Shown here piece by piece: positions 20,294-29,345 of a DNA stretch of 64,000 nt. The stretch is from a bacterium (GTDB lineage: Bacteria > SAR324 > NAC60-12), in the NCBI GenBank assembly GCA_965233585.1, contig CBDDTI010000746.1, positions 352,001 to 416,000 on the forward strand, given 5' to 3'. How positions within the stretch are numbered: the stretch's first letter is position 1; each line of letters starts with the position of its first letter. The translations under genes were made by a program, and so were the position numbers. The notes beneath the pieces are model-generated. The model had not been told where the DNA came from. It saw only the letters and a list, made by a program, of their open reading frames with translations, and searched no databases.

Positions 20294-20585
20294 GAGTCGG
20301 TGCAGAAATCAGTTTTTGTAAACGTTCACGAGATGAAGTAATTTTAGAAATACGGGCACCAACTTTTTCTTGACTGCTGACAAGAGTGGCTTCTGCAAGT
20401 AAGCGGTCATTGATGCGCAGTTTAAAGGGTTGGTCTGTTTTGGTATCAAGCTCAAGGATTGAGCCTTGTGTCATGTCTAACAGATTGCTGATTGGCAAAG
20501 ACACTTCGCCCAGCACAAAACGCACTGTGAGCTTCATCTCTAATAACTGTTTGACAATGTGCTGGTTAGGAGTTTCTTTTTTCAA
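20271..20585 (-). CDS. FliN/FliM C-terminal (SpoA) domain protein
   Basis: LTVRFVLGEVSLPISNLLDMTQGSILELD...LRINDRLLAEA...GARI. Confidence 0.75.
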   Translation of the reverse strand: MKKETPNQHIVKQLLEMKLTVRFVLGEVSLPISNLLDMTQGSILELDTKTDQPFKLRINDRLLAEATLVSSQEKVGARISKITSSRERLQKLISAPTLDAKNKS

Positions 20586-21132
20586 AATGTTCTAAAACTG
20601 TGTAAATCATAGATTGCTGATAAAATGCGACACATTTTTCGTTACATGCAAAGCATAAGCAATAGAGTTTAAGTTGATGTTGTTCATAAATGAGTTTAAC
20701 CTGTGGGTCTCGGCTTAATGCTCGGAAGGACGAAAGTGTTGCCTCCTGATAGACTGATTCCACCAGATTTTTCAAAGATTCTTCAGACTGAAAGTCAATA
20801 GGAAATTCTAACACAAAAGAAAAGGGTTCTTCTTTCTTTTGAATATGAGTGGTTTTTTGAAAAATAGTGCTGTTTGGTATCCAAAGCAGAGTACCAGATT
20901 GAAGTCTGACCCCCAAATGAGTCAATTTTTGCATCTTGATTTCACCTGCTCCTTCTGGCAACTTGAGCCAATCTCCAAGATGGATTTTCAACACATAGCG
21001 AAGGCAAAATGCCGCCATCATTTCTTTGAACAAAGGCATCAGCAAAAAGACTGCAACTAACAACACGACAAGGAAAAAAACTTCTGTTCCGTCTATCGTC
21101 AGTGTGAAAATGTCAGCAAGTTTAGAAGTCAT
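20566..21132 (-). CDS. Short MscS-like mechanosensitive-channel domain protein
   Basis: N-terminal TM, IHLGDWL...GEI...WIPNS; ATG 21132 overlaps upstream TGA (ATGA). Confidence 0.65.
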   Translation of the reverse strand: MTSKLADIFTLTIDGTEVFFLVVLLVAVFLLMPLFKEMMAAFCLRYVLKIHLGDWLKLPEGAGEIKMQKLTHLGVRLQSGTLLWIPNSTIFQKTTHIQKKEEPFSFVLEFPIDFQSEESLKNLVESVYQEATLSSFRALSRDPQVKLIYEQHQLKLYCLCFACNEKCVAFYQQSMIYTVLEHFEKRNS

Positions 21133-23945
21133 TGGAGCAATGCAGATTGTTTCAACGATTGATACACAACCTGATAGGATTTGGGGTTGATGGTCAACAT
21201 AGAATCTTTTGTGCAAATCAAAGATTGGTCTGTAAGGTAGTGTATGCAGATTTGCAGATTTTGAATCAACCGACTTTCTTTGAGAGACTTTAAAGACACA
21301 GCACCTTGTGTCAAGATCATACGAAGAATTAAAAGTTCATCTTGTTCTAATTGGCAGAATTGTTGTTGTTCAAACGGCATGAGTACAATTTGCTTATGAC
21401 TTGCCCGACTTTGATGTGTCCAAAGTTGCATGGCTATTGACGGGTTGCCCTGACTCCTTTGCATTAATTCTTTGAAAAAAAGATTTTCTGCCCAACATTG
21501 ACAAAAATGAGGAGCGATTTTGTGCAACAAATAATAAATTCGCTTTTTAGGTGATATAAAGTGAAGTGAGTATCCCACGACATGATGCCTTTGATAAATC
21601 AACTGCTTCAACGTAGATTGATCCATAGGGGCAATCGCTTTGATCTCTGTAAACATTTTTTTAATTTGTGGAATGAGTGAAAAAGACTTCCAAACAAATT
21701 CATGAAAGTGAAAGAGATAAAGATGAATTGTAGGGGTGCAATGCAACTGCTGCAAAAAATCACAAAGTGCGTGGATTTGAACATTGCCCATAAAAGAATG
21801 TTCTGCAAGTTGAAGTGAGACAACCTGCATCTGGTCAGTGTCTAGCCGTTGAAAAAAGTCATCAGCCTGTAACTCACTTTCCCCGGTGAATAATTTGAGA
21901 CGTTCCTCTTGAAAAGTTAACTTCACCTTCAGTAAATGATGATGATGTTTTTGTGTAAAATGTTCTATCAAACTTCTAATTCCAACACCCGGGACACCAA
22001 ACAACACAATCATTTGACGTTGCTTAGATTTTGCACAATTTTTCAAATATTCCAACTCTTCAGTTCTACCAACAAATAGTGAGCTAACCTCCAAAGTATC
22101 AGGGACAAAAACATGTGCATAATAATTGGGAGTAGCATGTGTTTTCGGCATGTCATAAGTCCGCCATGAGATTTTGAACCGACGCCATTTCAGCCAAAAG
22201 GATTTATTAATTCTCCAAAGCCAACGCAAAGACCGATATTGTTTAAAAGGCTTGCTATACTGAAATTGCAATAAAAACCTTCTTAAAAACCCTTGAATGC
22301 TTTGACCCTGCAAGGTGACATTCAAAAAACCAGACCGCATCTCAGGGTCAAAAATCAAATTTCTAAAGTCCACAATCAGCTCATTGATAATGGCTTGCAC
22401 TTGACCTTGAAACTCACGAAACTCTGCATCTAACTCTGCAAGAATCTGCTGCACTTGACTTTCAAACGGAATCAAAATGTGGTGCAAAGTTTGATAAAGC
22501 TCTTCTGAATGAAAACTGTCTGTCTTAGATTTGCTATTTTCCCACTCTTGCAAAGTCGTGTGTACACTCAATTTAAAAAACTGCTCTTGTTGTTCCAGCT
22601 CTCTTAACCATCTGGCAATGGAATCCAACCATCTCTGATGAATGGGAATCATTTTTTCAACTCGCTGTAAAAAAAGCTGTTCTGCAGGGAATCGGAGCGG
22701 AGTTGCAACATCTACCTCTATTTTGCTCTTACTCCATGACCATAGTTTTTGGAAGTGAATGATGTCTGCATGTTCAGGCAAAGATTGAGCAATAAAGTCA
22801 TACTTGCCTGAGATAAGTTTGGGGAAATGATTAGTCCGTGGATTCTCTTTGACCAATCTAAACACCCTTGTCATGCTTGCAACTTCTCTGTAAAAGAACT
22901 GTTCTATTTTGGCAATTTTTTGGGAAGATTCTTGATAAGTCCATTGCTGTTGTTCATCATCTTTGGTTTTTTGGAGCAAATGAGAGGTTGCAGCAAGGGC
23001 TTTTTGTAACACATTTTGAATCCTTTGTTTTTGAGTATCAAAAGTATTGATTTCAAAAAATGCTGTGTTTTTCAAATTCAACTGCATCTGAATACAACGA
23101 AGATACAAATGAAAGCCTTCCAGCATTTTTTCAATGGCATCTTCATAACGATTGAGCTTGAATTGCTCGTTTGCTTGGAGTTGGGGAAGTTTTTTTAATT
23201 TCCAACGAATATGTTGGTACCTTGCCAGATACGAAAAAGAGTGGGCGCAACGATACAACTCATTTTGCAAACCATGATACAAATAAGACAGGTGTGAGCG
23301 ATGAGATTTGATTAAGTTCTCACAAAGTTGGTTCACATCATCAAGAAGTTCTTGACAAATCTCAGTCGTGTTGTCTTTAGGACGGAAGTCAAAAAAACGT
23401 TGCAAGGTTCGCAAAAACACAAAATACATGTCCCCTGCTTCCCGTAGTGTGCCAAGCATTTGATAATGATGCTCAAAGTTAAACCAATACAATGCAATTT
23501 CCCGCAATGGAATCTTGCGACAGCTAGAGTTATTGGTTTCTATGACAATATGAGAGGCAAAAGTGTTGGGAATGTCTTTAAGCGGTGCGAAAAGCTCCAT
23601 GTACATACTCACAGAGTACTGTTGAGAGATGGCAAAAAACTTTCCAAAAATCTCTCCCATGATGCGGTCATTGCCTTGTGTTGTCCATTCTTCAGGTAAC
23701 TCTGAGACAATTTTTTTAAGCGATTGACTGGTCTGTCTCGCCCATTGGTCTGCAGCAGCTGAAGCATCTTCAATGACACGATACGACCTTAAAAAAGGGC
23801 GTGTCAATTTCCCCATGTTCCAATCAGGACGTTCTAACAGCAGTTGATCATGAGACGGAGCATCGTCATCAATCAACTCTGCTAGTAAATTAATCTCTCC
23901 TGTGTAGTTGGCTTGCATTTGTATTAATTCTTCATCTTGACACAA
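21129..23945 (-). CDS. Large helical protein with degenerate C-terminal P-loop (AAA/STAND-like) domain
   Basis: LFVGRTEEL...GVPGVGIRS (Walker A Lys replaced), SQGNPSIA, wHTH-like end; start uncertain. Confidence 0.6.
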   Translation of the reverse strand: MCQDEELIQMQANYTGEINLLAELIDDDAPSHDQLLLERPDWNMGKLTRPFLRSYRVIEDASAAADQWARQTSQSLKKIVSELPEEWTTQGNDRIMGEIFGKFFAISQQYSVSMYMELFAPLKDIPNTFASHIVIETNNSSCRKIPLREIALYWFNFEHHYQMLGTLREAGDMYFVFLRTLQRFFDFRPKDNTTEICQELLDDVNQLCENLIKSHRSHLSYLYHGLQNELYRCAHSFSYLARYQHIRWKLKKLPQLQANEQFKLNRYEDAIEKMLEGFHLYLRCIQMQLNLKNTAFFEINTFDTQKQRIQNVLQKALAATSHLLQKTKDDEQQQWTYQESSQKIAKIEQFFYREVASMTRVFRLVKENPRTNHFPKLISGKYDFIAQSLPEHADIIHFQKLWSWSKSKIEVDVATPLRFPAEQLFLQRVEKMIPIHQRWLDSIARWLRELEQQEQFFKLSVHTTLQEWENSKSKTDSFHSEELYQTLHHILIPFESQVQQILAELDAEFREFQGQVQAIINELIVDFRNLIFDPEMRSGFLNVTLQGQSIQGFLRRFLLQFQYSKPFKQYRSLRWLWRINKSFWLKWRRFKISWRTYDMPKTHATPNYYAHVFVPDTLEVSSLFVGRTEELEYLKNCAKSKQRQMIVLFGVPGVGIRSLIEHFTQKHHHHLLKVKLTFQEERLKLFTGESELQADDFFQRLDTDQMQVVSLQLAEHSFMGNVQIHALCDFLQQLHCTPTIHLYLFHFHEFVWKSFSLIPQIKKMFTEIKAIAPMDQSTLKQLIYQRHHVVGYSLHFISPKKRIYYLLHKIAPHFCQCWAENLFFKELMQRSQGNPSIAMQLWTHQSRASHKQIVLMPFEQQQFCQLEQDELLILRMILTQGAVSLKSLKESRLIQNLQICIHYLTDQSLICTKDSMLTINPKSYQVVYQSLKQSALLQ

Positions 23946-24096
23946 GTAGTCATCATTTTATTTTGTCAGACTCTACCATTCCTGCAAGGTTTATCAAAGG
24001 TTTATCAGCTGAATTGTAGCTAAACCAATATCATTTGATTTGTTATTTTTTTATTATTGCCCTTGCATGATATAGGATTTCTCCGTCAAGTCCTTT

Positions 24097-25305
24097 GTCA
24101 TTGCTTACCTTGACCCGCAATCTCCCTTTTTTCCAAACGACCCCGTCATTGCGGGCTTGACCCGCAATCTGTGCTTTGTTTGGTGATAGATTCCACATCA
24201 AGTGGGGAATGACAAAGAGAGTTTGCAGACTTGTTTTGTCGTCATTGCTGACCTTGCCCCGCAATCTCATTCTTCTTAAAACACAGGACAAACTTGGGTT
24301 TGTCCCTACGTTGTCATTGCGGGCTTGACCCGCAATCTCACCTTTTTCATTGTGTTGACATTCTTTTTTGAGATTCCGCATCAAGTGCGGAATGACTACG
24401 ACCGTCATTCCTGCGAAAGCAGGAATCCATGCGATGTTGACGATGGATTCCGTGTCAGGTACGGAATGACAGAAAAAAGAGGGGAATTGAAACACCCCGT
24501 TCCTGCGTCATTGCTCACCTTGAACTTAGTCATTGCTCATCTTGTCCGCAATCTCATTTTTTCCCGATTTTACCAGAGCGACTCTTTTTTTGAGATTCCG
24601 TGTTCCCCCGTCATTGCGTGCTTGTGTTTCCGTCATTGCTCACCTTGACCCGCAATCTCTCTTGTTTTCTATCCGCGTCATTGCTTAATTTGAAAACCGT
24701 CATTGCGGGCTTGACCCGCAATCTCACCTTTTTCATTGTGTTGACATTCTTTTTTGAGATTCCGCATCAAGTGCGGAATGACTACGACCGTCATTCCTGC
24801 GAAAGCAGGAATCCATGCGATGTTGACGATGGATTCCGTGTCAGGTACGGAATGACAGAAAAAAGAGGGGAATTGAAACACCCCGTTCCTGCGTCATTGC
24901 TCATTTTGAAAACCGTCATTGCTCACCTTGACCCGCAATCTCTCTTGTTTTCTTCGTTCACTTTTTTTAGAAACGACTCGCTTTTTGAAATTCCGCATCA
25001 AGCACTCAAGTGACAGAAAAAAAGAGAGGGAAATTGAAACACCCCGTTCCCCCGTCATTGCTCACCTTGACCCGCAATCTCTCTTGTTTTCTATCCGCGT
25101 CATTGCGGGACTTGACCCGCAATCTCCCTCGTCTTCTTCCAAACAACTCCTTTTTTTGAGATTCCGCATCAAGTGCGGAATGACTGAGAGGTTTTGTAGG
25201 CGTGTCTTTTTGTCATTGCGGGACCTGACCCGCAATCTCTCTTGTTTTCTATCCGCGTCATTGCTTAATTTGAAAACCGTCATTGCGGGACCTGACCCGC
25301 AATCT
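24097..25305. repeat. Dense cluster (>20 units) of CGTC/GTCA-tagged REP-like palindromes, containing a 205-bp exact direct repeat
   Basis: Units GTCATTGCGGGCTTGACCCGCAATCT, AGATTCCGCATCAAGTGCGGAATGAC, CGTCATTCCTGCGAAAGCAGGAATCC; 24313-24517 = 24699-24903. Confidence 0.9.
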
Positions 25306-25370
25306 CATTTTTTTTCAAACTACCTTCAAACCCGCATCTTTCCTGACTTCCTGATCTTCCTCTTTTTTAC

Positions 25371-25621
25371 AAAAAATCTTCAAAATTCCTTAAAAAACCA
25401 AAAAAATTTCCTCAAATCCTGAGTCTTGACTTGTTTTTTTTTTTTGTACGTGCATAATGCCCGTTTTGGTTTTTCTCAAAAACTCTTATCTTGAAGAGAA
25501 ATCAATTTTTCATTTCAAGAGGGGAGTTTTTCGTGTCACAGCACCCGCAGGGGTGCTGTTGTTTTGTTGATTTTGTAATTTTTCTTCATCTTGTTCAATT
25601 TTGTTTAATAGGTAGGTTTTT
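25371..25621 (+). promoter_or_regulatory. Promoter with T12 tract and two-hairpin 5' leader (copy 1)
   Basis: TTGTTT-16-CATAAT (25431-25458); hairpins 25478-25531 and 25538-25559 followed by a T-rich run; homologous to 36237-36457 and 39457-39600. Confidence 0.6.
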
Positions 25622-28600
25622 ATGCAAAAGCTCATCAATCGTTGTCTTGTTCATTTGGCATCTGTTGTCAAACCTTCTGTTGTCCAGACAGGTGTTTGCC
25701 TGCTGTGCATCACGACTCTCTTTGCTTGCAGTAGTGACGATGGTGGTGCGTCTTCAGGAGCGAACACCCCAGCTGCCATCTCATCAAAGGAAGCAGAAAA
25801 AGAAACAGAAGCACAGGGGGGGCAATGTTTGCAGATTCCCAAAACACAGACGCAAGGCACAGGCAACCTTGCCATCTTCAACTCACTAGATGAAGATGTG
25901 CTGCTGTCGTATTCCAGCAGTCTGAATGCTGATGATGTGATGGCTGTCATTGGTGGCAAGCAAAATGGGGTGAAAGTGGACATTTCAAAACGCATCTCTT
26001 CCACGGTCATGGTGTTTGGATTCAAGATGCCAGCAGTCAAGGACTATCTGAAAGCAGATTGCGATGAGACCAAGATGCCAACAGCTTTTGTGCAAAGTGA
26101 GTTCATTCCAACAGCCGAATCCAGCTTTGTGCTGGAAGCCAGCGAGCTGAAACAAGATTACGGAACATTGCTGGTCAAAAACAATCGTTCTGGATTGGTG
26201 TCTATTTTTCAAGGCAGTTCAAGGAACAAGCAAATCGGAGTGATTCAAGGCAACCAAGCAAACTATCGCATTCAAATCCCCATCGGCTACAAGCAGTTGT
26301 TGTTTTACCTACACAACCCATCAGGAGGCATTGACTTTACAAAACCTGTCTTTTCCAAAAATCTAGTTTTTAACAAAGGAGATGAGAAGTTTGTGTTCAT
26401 TCCCAAAACGACCATCCTCACTGGTGCGAAGATCAAGTTTCTCAATGCCTCTGCTCAAGATGTGATGCTGATGGTGAGAAAGAGCGACCAACCTTTGTCT
26501 AATCTGGAGTGCGGTTGCAAATTCTTTGGCAAGGAATCGGCTAAAGCTGTGATGATTCTGGTGCAAGACAAATATTATGCAGATGATTTCTTCTTTTCTG
26601 TCATCAGTTCAGACACAGGTCAGCCCTTGAAACAAAGTGAAACTTTTCAGTTGAACAAGAACACGAATGTGCAATTTGAATTGAGAGCAGATTTGACTCT
26701 GAAGAAGACAGATTTGGGCAAGGGTCAAGTTGTTGTGCCAAATGAAAAACCCAGCACGCCAAGTGAAGTGAAAACAAGCGAGGTCAAAGCCAGCAGTGTC
26801 AAAGTCAGCTGGTTGCCTTCAGCAGATTCAGATGGTCAAGTGGAAGGTTATGAAGTCTCTTACAAGACAAGTAGCGGGTCATGGACTGGCACACAAACCA
26901 CCACTCAAACCAATTTGATTGTATCAGGACTTCAACCTGAAACCAGCTACACTTTCCGCATTCGTGCCAAAGATGATGAAGATGCTTGGAGTGATTATGC
27001 AGAAAGTGCGAGTGTTAAAACACCAGCCCCTAAAAATCTAGCCCCCAGCAAGCCCAGCACGATTCAAACCAGCAACATCACTGCCTCCAGCATCAAGGTT
27101 TCATGGTCTGCTGCCACCTCTGACGGCAGCATTGCAGGTTATGAAATCTCTTATCAGACAGGTAATGGATTTTGGAAAGGGGCAAGGACGATTACTGGCA
27201 CCACTTACACTTTTTACTCACTGCAGTCTGAAACTAGCTACACTTTCCGTGTTCGTGCCAAAGATGATGAAGATGCTTGGAGTGCTTACAAAGAGAGTTA
27301 CACTGTCAAGACTGCACCTGCCAAACCGTCTTCTCTTGCTGTCTCTGGCAGAACACTCACTTTTGCCACTGCTTCAGGCAAGAGTTATCAATGTAGCAAA
27401 GATGGCGGTACAAATGTCAGTGATTGCAACAGCCCCTTTGCTTTTGGCAACAATGCCATTGCGTCAGGCAAGCTGTGTGTTCGTGTCAAAGCTACTGGTA
27501 ACACTCCTGCATCAGATTGGAGTTGCTACACGCAAGCGATTAATGCTGTCAACCAAGCACCAAGCAAGCCAACTAACTTTACAGCAACAGAAATTAAGAC
27601 TAAAGTTATCAAATTGTCGTGGACAGCTGGCCAAGATTCAGATGGCTCAATCATAGGCTATGAACTCAAATACACCAAGCAAGGACAAGCAAACTACATT
27701 AACCTAAAGCTAGGCAGTGAGACGAATAAAACGCTCACTAATCTTGTTCCCGATACTACTTATGACTTGAAGCTAAGAGCAAAAGATAATAAAAATACCT
27801 TTTCGGATTATACTAGCTTGCAAGTCAAAACGAAGTCAGTAAGAAGCACCAAACCCAAACAAACGGGACAGACTAAAAGCTATGATGCTAGAGGTGCTGA
27901 GGTCAGTGATGGCAGTATTAAAGATGATGGCTACTATAAAAAAGGGGTTGCTCATAACTATTCAAGGGATAATGATATTGTTATCGATAATATTACGGGG
28001 CTGCAATGGCAGGATAATTTGCGTGACGCTGGTCGTAAAAATCAGAATGATGCCTCGATCTATTGCAATAACCTTAGTCTGGGAGGATATAGCGACTGGC
28101 GTCTGCCTCGTAGAAAAGATTTACTCAGTATTATAAGTTACGGTAGGCATCCCGCAGCGGATCCAGTCTTTAAAAATATTAAAAATCGCGGGAATTGGTC
28201 TAGCACTACTGCTTATACAGGTCCATTAAATGAAGAGAATGATTCATGGGTTATTGATTTTGGTGATGGAAGTATCTCTCATAGAAATAAGAGCAGCAAT
28301 AGTTACGATTTTCTCTGCGTGCGTCTTGATATGTCAAGTGTAAGTTATAGTTTTACCAGAAACAACGACATTGTAACAAACACTAAGACTAATCTACAAT
28401 GGCAAGATGATGCAGTTGTTAACAGCAACAAAAAAACTTGGATTGAAGCGATCAACTATTGTGAAAATCTTAATCTAGGTGGATTTAGTGATTGGCGGTT
28501 ACCCAACATTAAAGAGCTAGACACTATCATAGACGGTACTATACGTTATTACTGGAATAACCCCTATTACTACAGTGTTTTTCAATATGGTAGATTAGGA

Positions 28601-28732
28601 TTTTTTTATTCCAGTACTACCACTTACAATTCTAGTGGCAACAGGACTAATACTGCATGGGTTGCTTCAACCAGAGGCAGATACATAAATGGCAAAAAGA
28701 ACATTGGCTATTCTGTGCGTTGTGTCAGGTAG
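25622..28732 (+). CDS. Modular surface lipoprotein: beta-sandwich N-region, FN3 x3, 4-Cys module, 2x DUF1566 (Lcl/CLec-like)
   Basis: Lipobox LFAC (Cys36); FN3 motifs GLQPETSYTFRIRA; TGLQWQ..C..L.LGGYSDWRLP..WSST..CVR twice. Confidence 0.85.
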   Translation: MQKLINRCLVHLASVVKPSVVQTGVCLLCITTLFACSSDDGGASSGANTPAAISSKEAEKETEAQGGQCLQIPKTQTQGTGNLAIFNSLDEDVLLSYSSSLNADDVMAVIGGKQNGVKVDISKRISSTVMVFGFKMPAVKDYLKADCDETKMPTAFVQSEFIPTAESSFVLEASELKQDYGTLLVKNNRSGLVSIFQGSSRNKQIGVIQGNQANYRIQIPIGYKQLLFYLHNPSGGIDFTKPVFSKNLVFNKGDEKFVFIPKTTILTGAKIKFLNASAQDVMLMVRKSDQPLSNLECGCKFFGKESAKAVMILVQDKYYADDFFFSVISSDTGQPLKQSETFQLNKNTNVQFELRADLTLKKTDLGKGQVVVPNEKPSTPSEVKTSEVKASSVKVSWLPSADSDGQVEGYEVSYKTSSGSWTGTQTTTQTNLIVSGLQPETSYTFRIRAKDDEDAWSDYAESASVKTPAPKNLAPSKPSTIQTSNITASSIKVSWSAATSDGSIAGYEISYQTGNGFWKGARTITGTTYTFYSLQSETSYTFRVRAKDDEDAWSAYKESYTVKTAPAKPSSLAVSGRTLTFATASGKSYQCSKDGGTNVSDCNSPFAFGNNAIASGKLCVRVKATGNTPASDWSCYTQAINAVNQAPSKPTNFTATEIKTKVIKLSWTAGQDSDGSIIGYELKYTKQGQANYINLKLGSETNKTLTNLVPDTTYDLKLRAKDNKNTFSDYTSLQVKTKSVRSTKPKQTGQTKSYDARGAEVSDGSIKDDGYYKKGVAHNYSRDNDIVIDNITGLQWQDNLRDAGRKNQNDASIYCNNLSLGGYSDWRLPRRKDLLSIISYGRHPAADPVFKNIKNRGNWSSTTAYTGPLNEENDSWVIDFGDGSISHRNKSSNSYDFLCVRLDMSSVSYSFTRNNDIVTNTKTNLQWQDDAVVNSNKKTWIEAINYCENLNLGGFSDWRLPNIKELDTIIDGTIRYYWNNPYYYSVFQYGRLGFFYSSTTTYNSSGNRTNTAWVASTRGRYINGKKNIGYSVRCVR

Positions 28733-28777
28733 GTTGATGTGGAGTTAAAAGGAGTGTTTGGAGTATAATTTTGTCCC

Positions 28778-28801
28778 CAGCAAGTGTTTTCATACTTGCT
28801 G
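28778..28801 (+). terminator. Hairpin downstream of the DUF1566 lipoprotein
   Basis: CAGCAAGT-GTTTTCAT-ACTTGCTG, 8-bp perfect stem about 45 nt after the stop. Confidence 0.45.
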
Positions 28802-28814
28802 TCAAAAGTCATCA

Positions 28815-29159
28815 GTCATTGCTGACCTTGAGTGAGCAATCTCACTTGTCTTTTTCCCAACAACTCTTGTTTTTGAGATTCTGAATCAAGTTCAGAATGA
28901 CGAAAGGAGTTTGATCTTTTCCTCATTCCCCTGTCATGGCTCACTTTGACCCGCAATCTCATTCTTCTTTGTTGAGATTCCGTATCAAGTGCGGAATGAC
29001 AAAGAGAGGTACGGAATGACGAGAGAACGTTTGAGATTGCGGGTCAAGCCCGCAATGACGGAAAGACTGCTGGAGATTCCGCATCAAGTGCGGAATGACT
29101 GGGGGAGACACGGAATGACGAGAGGACGTTTGAGATTCTGCATCAAGTGCGGAATGACG
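28815..29159. repeat. REP-like palindrome cluster (same family as 24097-25305)
   Basis: Multiple GAGATTCCGCATCAAGTGCGGAATGAC and GAGATTGCGGGTCAAGCCCGCAATGAC units in both orientations. Confidence 0.9.
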
Positions 29160-29345
29160 AAAGGACTGTCATTTAATTTTATAGACTTGGCAGGAACAGG
29201 CAAGAGGAAGATTAAAGGAAAATTGAACGTAGGTTGATGATGTACAAAGAGAGCCTTTAGTCAATTTGCTTGTTTTTCTTTTTTTGTGTTATCCTACAAA
29301 ATTCTGTTCGTTCGTTTTTGATTCATTTTTTAGTATAAGGAAATT

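Noticed and set aside
24097..25305. CRISPR array
   Set aside because: Units occur in both orientations with irregular spacing, intervening sequences are themselves repeated, and no cas genes are present; it fits REP/BIME mosaics.
24043..25422. ORFs across the repeat clusters (also 28989-29237 and 36411-36797)
   Set aside because: Translations (VIPHLMRNL, IAGLTRNL) are just the palindromes read in frame; no RBS or domain evidence.
25622..29345. Complete diversity-generating retroelement
   Set aside because: No reverse transcriptase, avd or adenine-mismatched template repeat was seen in the window; the two DUF1566 domains differ at all base types.
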